Assembly (NCBI GenBank): GCA_037141055.1
Contig: JBAXDH010000006.1
Coordinates: 1,766 to 65,765 of the forward strand
DNA length: 64,000 bases
Direction: 5' to 3'
DNA from: a bacterium
GTDB taxonomy: Bacteria; Bacteroidota; Bacteroidia; Bacteroidales; FEN-979
The notes under the pieces were generated by a model. That model was given only the letters and a program-made list of their open reading frames with translations. It did no database searches and was not told the origin of the DNA. The translations under genes were made by a program, and so were the position numbers. Below are positions 1 through 9,600 of this stretch, one piece after another; within the stretch, counting starts at the first letter, position 1; each line of letters begins with the position of its first letter.

Positions 1-307
1 TGAGGTTGATAAGGTCGGGAATAATCCTCACCCTGGCAATGACATCCCCCTGCCGCACCTGCTTGCCAGCCTGTACGAAAATCTCTTCCACAATGCCTGA
101 AACCTGTGGTTTTATCTCGATTTCCTTTCTCGGGATGACAGATCCGGTGGCAACGGTCTTTTTGATAATATTCGTCATGAATGGTTTTTCCGTTATATAA
201 ACCACTGGTTTCTCCATCGATTTCCGGTAGAGGTATACAATTGTTAACACGAATATTGCCAGGATGACGATTAAAACAGAGATTTTGAGAATTTTTTTCA
301 TTGACAT
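1..307 (-). CDS. Efflux RND/MacA-like periplasmic adaptor subunit (5' part; runs off window start)
   Basis: Manual translation from ATG 307 (or 301): MSMKKILKISVLIVILAIFVLTIVYLYRKS...TVATGSVIPRKEIEIKPQVSGIVEEIFVQAGKQVRQGDVIARV. N-terminal TM plus lipoyl half-motif of membrane fusion proteins; follows two MacB-like permeases. Not in the ORF track. Confidence 0.85.
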   Translation of the reverse strand, partial: MSMKKILKISVLIVILAIFVLTIVYLYRKSMEKPVVYITEKPFMTNIIKKTVATGSVIPRKEIEIKPQVSGIVEEIFVQAGKQVRQGDVIARVRIIPDLINL

Positions 308-317
308 TTGTTGTTAA

Positions 318-1580
318 TTATTCATATCTGAGTGCATCAATTGGTTTGATGGACACGGCCCTGCGCGCAGGAATCATGCCTGCGACCACACCTGCAACGA
401 TTAAAATTGAAAGTGCAGTGACGGCAACGGAAAAATCTATTCCCGGGTGAACAAACATTTCGGTATTTGCGCCTCCGGATCCGAGGAGGTAGTTTATTAA
501 TTCAAGCAGTCCCACGCCGACCACAAGTCCGAAATATCCGGCAAAAGTAGTAAGCACGACCGATTCCATGATGATCTGGCTGATGATTTTCCATGGCGTG
601 GCGCCCAATGCCCTCTGGATCCCGATCTCTTTGGTTCGTTCCCTTACCACCACCAGCATGATGTTGCTGACCCCGATGACTCCTGCCATCAGCGTGCCGG
701 TGCCGACAATCCAAACCAAAAGACGGATGCCGAAAAATAATCCCTGCATCTGGTCGAATTCTTTTTTCAGGTTAAAATGCCCGATGGCCGGATCATCCGC
801 CGGTGCCACTGCATGCCTTTTCTTCAGCAGCCTGATCGCTTTTTCCTCGACGACCGATACCGGGATGTCATCCCTTGATGTGATCGAAAAGAAGCCCACA
901 GCATTTCCGTAATTGTATGTCCGTTGAAGGGTTGTAAAAGGAATATAAATGTTCTGGTTCTCCTGGTCTGCCTGTTCTCCCGTTCTTTTGGAGGCAAAAA
1001 CACCGGTCACCTGGAAGTAAACTCCCTGGATCTGGATGTATTGATTGATTGGCTGTTCATCCCGTGTAAACAGGAACTCCACCACCTTTGTGCCGACCAC
1101 AGCAACCTTTCGTTTATCTTTGATATCCAGGTCGTTAATAAAACGGCCCTGGATGAAATTCAAAGGATCAATTTTATTAAATGCTGGGTAATCACCCATA
1201 ATGTTGAATATGCCAGATTTTAACCCTCTGATTACATTGTTTGTCTGCATGTAACCGCCGGCCTGGATGCGTGGCGCAAGGTATTTGATCTCGGGGATCG
1301 AATGGCTCATCGCAACCACATCATCATTGTCGAAATTGAAATTCCTTCCCCTCGGAAATCCTTTATAGGGGATGGTGGTTTGCTGTGTCCAGATGAAAAC
1401 GCTGTTTGTGGCCATGTCACCGAAATTTTGAGTCACACCACGCTGCAGGCCATTGCCCGAGCCGAGCATGATCACCAGCATGAAAATTCCCCAGAAGACA
1501 CCGAAAGCGGTTAAAAAAGTCCGGAGCCGGTTCTTTCTCAGCACATGATAAATTTCCTGCCAGCGGTCTAAGTCAAACAT
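318..1580 (-). CDS. ABC transporter permease, MacB/FtsX family
   Basis: RTFLTAFGVFWGI N-terminal TM, periplasmic domain, GVSNIMLVVVRERTKEIGIQRALGA motif, C-terminal PIDALRYE. Confidence 0.92.
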   Translation of the reverse strand: MFDLDRWQEIYHVLRKNRLRTFLTAFGVFWGIFMLVIMLGSGNGLQRGVTQNFGDMATNSVFIWTQQTTIPYKGFPRGRNFNFDNDDVVAMSHSIPEIKYLAPRIQAGGYMQTNNVIRGLKSGIFNIMGDYPAFNKIDPLNFIQGRFINDLDIKDKRKVAVVGTKVVEFLFTRDEQPINQYIQIQGVYFQVTGVFASKRTGEQADQENQNIYIPFTTLQRTYNYGNAVGFFSITSRDDIPVSVVEEKAIRLLKKRHAVAPADDPAIGHFNLKKEFDQMQGLFFGIRLLVWIVGTGTLMAGVIGVSNIMLVVVRERTKEIGIQRALGATPWKIISQIIMESVVLTTFAGYFGLVVGVGLLELINYLLGSGGANTEMFVHPGIDFSVAVTALSILIVAGVVAGMIPARRAVSIKPIDALRYE

Positions 1581-1604
1581 TGTTCAATATTCAATATTCT
1601 ATGT

Positions 1605-2843
1605 TCATTCGTCTCTCAGAGCTTCCACAGGATTCACACTGGCAGCTTTCATGGCCGGGAAAAAACCGGCGATGGCTCCTGCAAGGATCAGCAGGATCGT
1701 GGCCATCACTGCAACGGAAAAATCCGCCTCTGGATTCCTGAAAAATTCTGAGGGGGGCATGTTTTTTGCGATCAGTTCAAGGAGACCAACCCCCAGCACC
1801 AGGCCGATATATCCGGCAAACGACGTAATTGCGATTGCCTCCTGCATGATCAAAGCCACGATCGACCCGGGTGTTGCGCCAAGCGATTTCCTGATGCCGA
1901 TCTCCTTGGTTCGCTCCTTGACCACGATCATCATGATGTTGCTCACGCCGACGATCCCCGCAATGATGGTACCGATGCCGATGATCCAGATAAACATTCG
2001 GATCCCGGCAAACAACGCCCTGAACTTGCGCACCTCCTCGTTTTTATTCCAGACATTGATGGCCCTCGTATCTTCCTCATCAACCGTGTGCAATTTTGAG
2101 AGTATTGATTTTGATTTCCTGATCATAAGGTCTGCCTCCTGTACCGAAGCATTCCCGGTGGTAAATGAAATCTGGTTGATGACATTTTCTCCCTGGAAAA
2201 CGCGCTGGGCAGTCGAGATCGGGATGTAAATCCTCTTTTGTTCATCATCGCTCCGGCTGAAATCCTTAAAAACACCCACAACCTTAAAGAGCACACCATT
2301 GATTTTAATGTACCTGCCCATGGCCGCCGTATCGGCTCCTTTGAAAAGCGCTGATTTTACTTTCTCCCCGATCACGGCCACCTTTCTGAATTCACGGATG
2401 TCGAGGTTGTTCAGGAACCGCCCATGGAGGATGGCAAGTTCCTTGATATACCCATAGTCGGGGTGGCACGGTGATAAAAAGAACGATCCGTATTCATTTT
2501 TGTACGAAACCAGGTTGTTGCCAAGAAACAACCTGGCAGAGATACGGTCGGGGCCGTTAACGGTTGATTTGATGGCATTGTAATCTTCATTCGTGAATTT
2601 TATCTGTCTCCCGGTCTTCAATCCTTTGAATTTCATGCTGGTTTTTCCGCTGCTGATCCAAACTCCGTTGGTGGCACCGCCCTTGAACTGCTCTTTGACG
2701 CCATTTTCAAGCCCGGCACCCGAGCCAAGCAGCAGGATAAGCATGAAGATCCCCCAGGCCACGCTGAATGCCGTGAGAAAAGTCCGTAACTTATTTTTAC
2801 GGACCGTGCTGTAAATCTCCTGCCATTTATCCAGTTCAAACAT
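1605..2843 (-). CDS. ABC transporter permease, MacB/FtsX family (paralog)
   Basis: GVSNIMMIVVKERTKEIGIRKSLGA motif, C-terminal PVEALRDE. Confidence 0.92.
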   Translation of the reverse strand: MFELDKWQEIYSTVRKNKLRTFLTAFSVAWGIFMLILLLGSGAGLENGVKEQFKGGATNGVWISSGKTSMKFKGLKTGRQIKFTNEDYNAIKSTVNGPDRISARLFLGNNLVSYKNEYGSFFLSPCHPDYGYIKELAILHGRFLNNLDIREFRKVAVIGEKVKSALFKGADTAAMGRYIKINGVLFKVVGVFKDFSRSDDEQKRIYIPISTAQRVFQGENVINQISFTTGNASVQEADLMIRKSKSILSKLHTVDEEDTRAINVWNKNEEVRKFRALFAGIRMFIWIIGIGTIIAGIVGVSNIMMIVVKERTKEIGIRKSLGATPGSIVALIMQEAIAITSFAGYIGLVLGVGLLELIAKNMPPSEFFRNPEADFSVAVMATILLILAGAIAGFFPAMKAASVNPVEALRDE

Positions 2844-2902
2844 CAGCCTTCAACATTTCGCCATTTCACTTTTCTCTATTACACCGTTCACTATTTCGCT
2901 AT

Positions 2903-3577
2903 TTAATTTTCAATGATCTCTGTAATATTCCCGTCCGTTATCCTGACTGTCTTTTTCGTCCTCGCCGCAATATCATGTTCATGTGTGACAATGATCACAG
3001 TAATTCCGCCGGCATTTACCTCGTGCAGGATATCCATCACTTCAAGTGACGTTGCCGAATCCAGGGCGCCGGTCGGCTCATCTGCAAGGATAACTTTCGG
3101 CTTCCCGATAAGCGCCCTTGCAATGGCAACGCGCTGTTTCTGGCCTCCCGACAATTCATTGGGCAAATGGTGGGCCCAGTCCCTGAGTCCCATTCGATCG
3201 AGGTACTCCATGGCAACCATGTTGCGTTTCTTCCGGGGTACATCCTGGTAATACAGCGGCAGAGCCACGTTTTCCATCGCATTCTTAAATGATACCAGGT
3301 TGAATGACTGAAAGACGAAGCCTAGCATTTTGTTTCGCAACTGGGCTGCTTTTCGTTCGCTTAACCGACTGATTTTAAGACCGTCAAGAATGTATTCCCC
3401 TGAATCGAACGTGTCGAGGATTCCGAGGATATTCAGTAACGTCGACTTTCCCGAGCCGGAAGCGCCCATGATCGAAATCATTTCGCCTTTCTCTATTTCC
3501 AGGTCAACTCCTTTCAGTACGTGCAGGCTGTTCTGACCGGTTACATATGATTTATGAATCTGTTTGATCTTGATCAT
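2903..3577 (-). CDS. ABC transporter ATP-binding protein (LolD/MacB-type)
   Basis: Walker [18 protein letters not shown] signature, ADEPTGALD. Start moved to MIKIKQ (3577) from the track start at 3652. Confidence 0.93.
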   Translation of the reverse strand: MIKIKQIHKSYVTGQNSLHVLKGVDLEIEKGEMISIMGASGSGKSTLLNILGILDTFDSGEYILDGLKISRLSERKAAQLRNKMLGFVFQSFNLVSFKNAMENVALPLYYQDVPRKKRNMVAMEYLDRMGLRDWAHHLPNELSGGQKQRVAIARALIGKPKVILADEPTGALDSATSLEVMDILHEVNAGGITVIIVTHEHDIAARTKKTVRITDGNITEIIEN

Positions 3578-3719
3578 CAGCTGAAATTTCATTTCAAAGG
3601 TGGTTGCTTGCAGTTGCCTGGTGAAATAATTTCGACATCTTTTGCTAACCATCCGGTCAAATGGTCAATTTTCCGGATATACGGAGAATAGATGCGAAAA
3701 TGGCAAAAAGGTTACAGAA

Positions 3720-3753
3720 TTTGTCAGGATTTTAATTCTTTCAGGTAACTTTG
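3720..3753 (+). promoter_or_regulatory. Bacteroidota housekeeping promoter (-33 TTTG / -7 TAACTTTG)
   Basis: TTTG at 3720-3723 and TAnnTTTG match at 3746-3753, 25 nt before the M3 peptidase ATG. Confidence 0.55.
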
Positions 3754-3778
3754 CGCGCTCAACTCAATCCCGACTATT

Positions 3779-5887
3779 ATGAAAACGATCTCATTAACCT
3801 TATTTTCCATGGCAGTGTTGCTGATTTCAGGATGTAACTCGCAAAAAAAACAGGAGAACCCGTTTTTTACGGAATATACGACTCCCTTCCAGGTGCCTCC
3901 TTTCGATAAAATCGATACGACGGATTACATGCCGGCATTCATGGAGGGGATAAAGCAGCATAATGCAGACATCGATGCGATCATCAGCAATTCTGCCGCT
4001 CCTGATTTTACCAACACAATTCTTGCGTTTGACAAATCAGGCAAACTGCTCACCCGTGTCAGCAAGGTCTTCTATAATCTGAATGAGGCGGAAACAAACA
4101 AGCAACTCCAGGCGCTTGCCCGGCAGTTGAGTCCCATCATGTCAAAACATGGAGATGACATCGCGCTGAATGAGAAATTGTTTGCTAAAATCAAGTCGGT
4201 TTATGAGAAGCGGAAGGAAATGAAACTCGACAGCCAGCAAATCAGGGTTGTTGAGAAATATTTCAGGGATTTTGAACGCCAGGGAGCCAACTTGCCGGCT
4301 GATAAAAAGGACCAGTTGCGCAAATTGAATGAGCAGCTGTCAATGCTTTCTCTCACATTCGGCGAAAATCTCCTTGCGGAGACCAATGAAAATTTCAAGC
4401 TGGTAATCACCGATAAAAAGGACCTGGATGGATTGCCCCAGGGCGTTATTGACGGAGCTGCAGAGACTGCAAAGGAGAAAGGTATGGCCGGCAAATGGGT
4501 CTTTACACTGTCTAAACCCAGCATGATCCCTTTCCTGCAGTATGCCAAAAACCGCAGCCTTCGGGAGCAAATTTACCGTGGTTATTTTATGCGGGGAAAT
4601 AACGGCAATAAAAATGACAATAAAGAAACTGTTTCGAAAATTGTAAAACTTCGGGTTGAGAAAGCGAAATTGCTTGGTTTTGAAAGCTATGCCGCCTATG
4701 TGGTGGATGAAAATATGGCCAAAACCCCGGCAACGGTGAATGATTTCCTTGCAAAATTATGGACCGCCGCATTGCCTGTCGCCAAAAAAGAGGTGGTTGA
4801 AATGCAGAAGATCATCGACAGGGAAGGTGGGAAATTTAAATTGCAAAGCTGGGATTGGTGGTATTATTCAGAAATCATTCATAAGGAAAAGTACAGCCTT
4901 GACGAAAGTGAATTGAAACCATATTTCAGCCTTTCAAATGTGCGTGACGGGATGTTTTTAGTCGCGAACAAATTGTACGGAATCACGTTTACAAAACTCA
5001 CTGATCTTCCTGTTTTTCAGAAAGATGTGGAGACATACGAAGTGAAGGAAGCCGATGGACGCCATCTCGGGATCTTATACCTGGATTACTATCCGCGTGA
5101 TGGAAAAAGAGGCGGTGCCTGGTGCACCGATTTTCAGTCTGCAGGCTGGGAAGACGGTAAAAAGGTTGATCCTGTAATTTCCATCACATGCAACTTTACC
5201 AAACCAACAGCCGATGCGCCGTCGTTGTTGTCGTGGGATGAAACGACTACGTTGTTTCACGAATTCGGACACGCTCTGCACGGACTTTTCACCGAGGGAA
5301 AATACACCAGGACTGCAGGAAGCGTTCCACAGGATTATGTTGAACTCCCTTCGCAGGTAAACGAAAACTGGGCGGGTGAACCGGAGGTGCTGAAAGCTTA
5401 TGCGAAGCATTATAAAACAGGAGAGGCCATTCCGGACAATCTTGTCGAGAAAATTAAAAACAGTGCCCTGTTTAACCAGGGATTTGAAACGATCGAATAC
5501 CTTGCGGCTTCTATCCTGGACATGGATTATCATGGAATTACCGAATCCCGCGACATAGATGTACTCAAATTTGAAGATGAGGCCATGGCGAAAATTGGAC
5601 TTGTTTCTGAAATTATTCCGCGGTACAGAACAACCTATTTTTCGCACATTTTCGGGGGCGGATACGCTGCCGGATATTACGTCTACATCTGGGCGGCTGT
5701 ATTGGATGCTGATGCATTTAACGCATTCAAATTATCCGGCGACATTTACAATAAAAATCTTGCAGCCAAATTCCGGAAATATTGCCTCGCGGAATCAGGC
5801 AATGATGAAGGGATGACCCAGTACCGGAAATTCAGGGGACAGGAGCCTACCGTTGATGCCTTACTGATTCGCCGCGGATTAAAATGA
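3779..5887 (+). CDS. dcp: M3 family metallopeptidase (peptidyl-dipeptidase Dcp-like), lipoprotein
   Basis: Lipobox LISGC, KRGGAW, FHEFGHALH zinc motif, DYVELPSQ, GYAAGYYVYIWA. Confidence 0.9.
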   Translation: MKTISLTLFSMAVLLISGCNSQKKQENPFFTEYTTPFQVPPFDKIDTTDYMPAFMEGIKQHNADIDAIISNSAAPDFTNTILAFDKSGKLLTRVSKVFYNLNEAETNKQLQALARQLSPIMSKHGDDIALNEKLFAKIKSVYEKRKEMKLDSQQIRVVEKYFRDFERQGANLPADKKDQLRKLNEQLSMLSLTFGENLLAETNENFKLVITDKKDLDGLPQGVIDGAAETAKEKGMAGKWVFTLSKPSMIPFLQYAKNRSLREQIYRGYFMRGNNGNKNDNKETVSKIVKLRVEKAKLLGFESYAAYVVDENMAKTPATVNDFLAKLWTAALPVAKKEVVEMQKIIDREGGKFKLQSWDWWYYSEIIHKEKYSLDESELKPYFSLSNVRDGMFLVANKLYGITFTKLTDLPVFQKDVETYEVKEADGRHLGILYLDYYPRDGKRGGAWCTDFQSAGWEDGKKVDPVISITCNFTKPTADAPSLLSWDETTTLFHEFGHALHGLFTEGKYTRTAGSVPQDYVELPSQVNENWAGEPEVLKAYAKHYKTGEAIPDNLVEKIKNSALFNQGFETIEYLAASILDMDYHGITESRDIDVLKFEDEAMAKIGLVSEIIPRYRTTYFSHIFGGGYAAGYYVYIWAAVLDADAFNAFKLSGDIYNKNLAAKFRKYCLAESGNDEGMTQYRKFRGQEPTVDALLIRRGLK

Positions 5888-5897
5888 TGGAGATATC

Positions 5898-6233
5898 ATG
5901 AGCAAGTTACATCTGCTATGGACTACCGGTGAAAAGGAGGTGGCCATGAAAGTCATTTTCCCTTACCTGATCAATGCAAAAGCCAATGGCTGGTGGGATG
6001 AAATAAACCTGATTATCTGGGGACCATCGGCAAAATTAACGGCCAGCGATGTTGTGATACATCGCCAGTTGCGGGATGTCATGGACAGCGGTATTTCTGT
6101 CGAAGCTTGCCAGGCCTGTTCGGATGCGTATAAGATAACTGAGAAACTTGTCAGCCTGGGTGTTACCGTAAGATACATGGGCGGTCCGTTTACCGAGTAC
6201 CTTAACAGCAACGACAAGGTTGTGACCTTCTGA
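5898..6233 (+). CDS. DsrE/DsrF-like family protein
   Basis: 111 aa; WWDEINLIIWGPSAKL and VEACQACSD (CxxC) pattern of small DsrE-like proteins. Confidence 0.75.
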   Translation: MSKLHLLWTTGEKEVAMKVIFPYLINAKANGWWDEINLIIWGPSAKLTASDVVIHRQLRDVMDSGISVEACQACSDAYKITEKLVSLGVTVRYMGGPFTEYLNSNDKVVTF

Positions 6234-6340
6234 AATCAGGCAATTGGCAGGAATCCGACATGTGTTTTCGTGATTTTTTCTGTCGGGGCAAACTCATTTT
6301 TCAAATTTTCATTAATGAGGGGATAACCTGATCAGTGATT

Positions 6341-6454
6341 TTCCAGATTTGGGAATTTATATTCCTGAAATTGGAGTCACTAATTTGTTCCGTTTTGTGC
6401 AAGTTGCTGAAATACTGAAATATAAAGAAGATATAATAAAGGCATGATTTTAGC
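6341..6454 (+). promoter_or_regulatory. Putative sigma54 promoter with upstream activator sites (adhesin gene)
   Basis: AGGCATGATTTTAGC (6440-6454) = GG-N10-GC; imperfect palindromes at 6341-6355 and 6362-6376; IHF-like CAAGTTGCTGAAA at 6400-6412; same spacing recurs before both major pilins. Confidence 0.6.
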
Positions 6455-6606
6455 TTGCATATATATGGTGTGAGACGGCCAATTTCAAGTAGTAATTGTT
6501 TCGTCCCGATTTACCCGGGAATTTATTTTTACACAATCGCAGACTTTTGTTGCGATTCTCCTTGTGAAGAGGAATAAAAAAATTGTCAGGTCAGAAAATA
6601 TTCGTA

Positions 6607-6614
6607 TATCTTTG
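6607..6614 (+). promoter_or_regulatory. Possible housekeeping -7 element (TATCTTTG) before the adhesin
   Basis: TAnnTTTG match 22 nt upstream of ATG 6637. Confidence 0.35.
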
Positions 6615-6636
6615 ATAACGGCAAGTCGAGGTTGAA

Positions 6637-9600
6637 ATGTTAAAAAGAAACTCCAGCATTAAGATGAGTGTTCCGGCAATGTCCATCATTACCGGGATTC
6701 TCTTATTTATGCTCCTCTCTGTTTTTAATGCCCAGGCCGCAAATCGCTATGCCGTTGTCACCGGAAACTGGAATTCAACCGCCACATGGTCTGCCACATC
6801 AGGTGGAACCGGTGGAGCTTCGGTGCCTGTTGCCGGTGATGCTGTGTACATCGAAGGAGGTCATAATGTTACAATAACCGCCAATGCAGGCTGTTCATCG
6901 GTTTCTTTTACCACAACCACGGCGACCCTTTTAAACATTAATGCTGGTATCACCCTGGATGTTTCGGGTGCCGTGACGATTCCAAAGTCTGGTTCCAGCG
7001 TCAATACACTTGCAGTCGGGGCCGGTTTTTTAAATGCAGGAAGTGTCTCATTCACCGGCACAGGATCGACAAAAAGGCATGAAATCACAATTTCTACAGG
7101 TACTGTTATGGTTACAGGAAACGTTTCCGGGACTACGACCAGTGCGACCATTACATTCACCGGTGCCGGTTTGTTGAAATTGGGTGGTGCTTTTTTTACT
7201 TCTTCAACAGGAACGCTCACTCCTGCAACCGGCACGGTAGAATATAATGCATCAGGAGCTCAGACGGTAGGGGATTTTGCATACAATAATTTAACGTTGT
7301 CTGGCAGCGGGGCAAAAACTACAGATGCTGTTACCGTCAACGGCATTCTTTCAATGGAAGGAACGGCAACTGTCACGATCGCGCCAACTTACGGAACCTC
7401 TGCAAGCCTGGTTTACAACACAGCCACATCGCACGTTGCCGGTTTGGAGTGGGTAACCCCGTTTGCAGCCACTGGTGGCATCACCATTGCAAACACCGGA
7501 ACGATCTCCTTAAATTCTGCTGAAGTTTTCAACGCTTCAATTCCGCTGATCATAAACAGCGGCGCATCCTTATCAACCGCAGGTTTTCAGTTGACACTTG
7601 GAGGAGATTTCATCAACAATGGCGGCACTTTTAATGCAGGAAGTTCTCCGGTTGTTATCAGTAATACCAAGTTAATTCAGAGTATTGACGGGTTTACAAC
7701 AACTGGCTTGGTTTCGGTGACGAAATCTGCAGGTATTGCAACTATGCAGAATAACGTTACTGCCGGAGGCCTGACGATTAATGGTACCGGAGGAACCCTG
7801 AATTTAGGAGCAGGTTTCACACATTCGGTTACAGGCGCAGTAACACTTTCTGCGGGAACACTGAATGGAGGGACCAATACAATATTAGCTGTTTCAGGCA
7901 ACTGGACCAGGAACAGCGGTGTTTATGCAGCCGGGACAGGATCAGTTAACTTTATCGGAGGTTCGTTACAGACGATTGGCGGAAGTTCATCAACAACATT
8001 CAATAACCTTGGAATAAATAATTCTGCCGGTGTATCGCTCTCGATTGCAGTTGCCGTCGGCGGAACTTTAACATTGACGAGCGGTGTCCTGACAACCGGA
8101 TCCAGCGCATTGACTGTTTCAAATTCATCATCAACTGCCGTCACCGGCGGTTCTGCGACAAGCTTCATCAGCGGTCCGCTGACCTGGTCGCTGTCTGCGG
8201 GTCAAACCTACAGTTTTCCAGTTGGTAAAAGTTCAACGTATTTACCATTTGGGCTGACCGGCATAACCGGAACCAACCCGCAGATCAGGGTTGAAGCCTT
8301 TTCGGGCAATACAGGAGGCACCGCTTCACCTCCTTTAACCTCGCTCAGCACCACAGAGTATTGGTTCGCATCAGTTACAGCGAACACCTATTCCGGGGGA
8401 TCGGTTTCGTTGACACGCCAGGCTGCGCTTAATGAATTTGAAGCGGTTGGCAGAAATGCTTCATCTTTGAATGGAGCCTATGGCTCACTTAATGGCACTG
8501 TATCCGGAACCTCCATAATAAATTCAGACAATACCGGCAACTCTTTAGGGTATTTTGTCATGGCTTCAAAGCTGTCAATTACAACAGGAACCATCAATCC
8601 TGCATCCTATTGCCCGGGTTCATCGGTAATCGTACCTTATTCCAAAACCGGCACTTTCAGTGCGGGAAATGTTTTTACAGCGCAGTTGTCTGATGCAGTT
8701 GGTTCCTTTGCTTCGCCGGTCATCATCGGCTCCCTTGCCTCCCAACTTTCCGGCACCATCAGTGCCACAATCCCTGTGGGACAGTCGTCGGGTTCCGGGT
8801 ATCGCATCCGGGTCGTGTCAAGCAGTCCATCCTTCACAGGTAGCGACAACGGAGTGAATTTGTACATTGGCGGTCCGGTTATAACCGCGACGTACCCGGG
8901 TAGTTCCTGCGGACCTGGTCCGGTTGTTTTAGGAGCTACCGCTTCATTTGGCACGATCAGTTGGTATGCAGCAGCAACAGGAGGGAGTGCCCTGGGAACC
9001 GGGACCACCTTCACCACCCCAAGCCTTTCTGTAACCACAACATATTATGTGGATGTAATTAGCGGTAGCTGCACTTCTGCACCACGAACTCCTGTGATGG
9101 CTTATATTATCACTCCACCGACCATGACAGCCGGCGGTGGAGGAACCTTTTGTTACAGCTCAAATATAACACTCACCAGTTCAGGCACGAATATTTCCAA
9201 TCAATACTGGGAAGGACCTAACAGCTTTTATTCTGTGGAGCAAAATCCGGTAATTTCAGCTGCCACAACTGCCATGAGCGGAACGTATACGGTGACGGGA
9301 AGTGCTTTAAGTGGGATCAACCTGGTTGCCAATGGTGATTTTGAACTGGGAAATGTTGGTTTTGGCAGTGGTTACGTCGCCAGTTCGGACCTTCTCCTTG
9401 AGGGGACGTACGCAGTTGTTGCAGATCCCCGTTCTGTACATAGCGGCTACTCAACTTGCGCTGACCATACGCCTTCCGGCACGTTGCAAATGGTAGTCAA
9501 CGGATCCATCATAGCGGGAGTTAATGTGTGGACACAAACAGTTAGCGTTTTACCCGGAACAGACTATCAGTTTTCCTATTGGGTTCAGAGCGTCGTTGCC

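Noticed and set aside
1-3577. ABC exporter with two tandem MacB-like permeases as a novel system
   Set aside because: The ATPase-permease-permease-adaptor arrangement is common in Bacteroidota, and no cargo gene is adjacent
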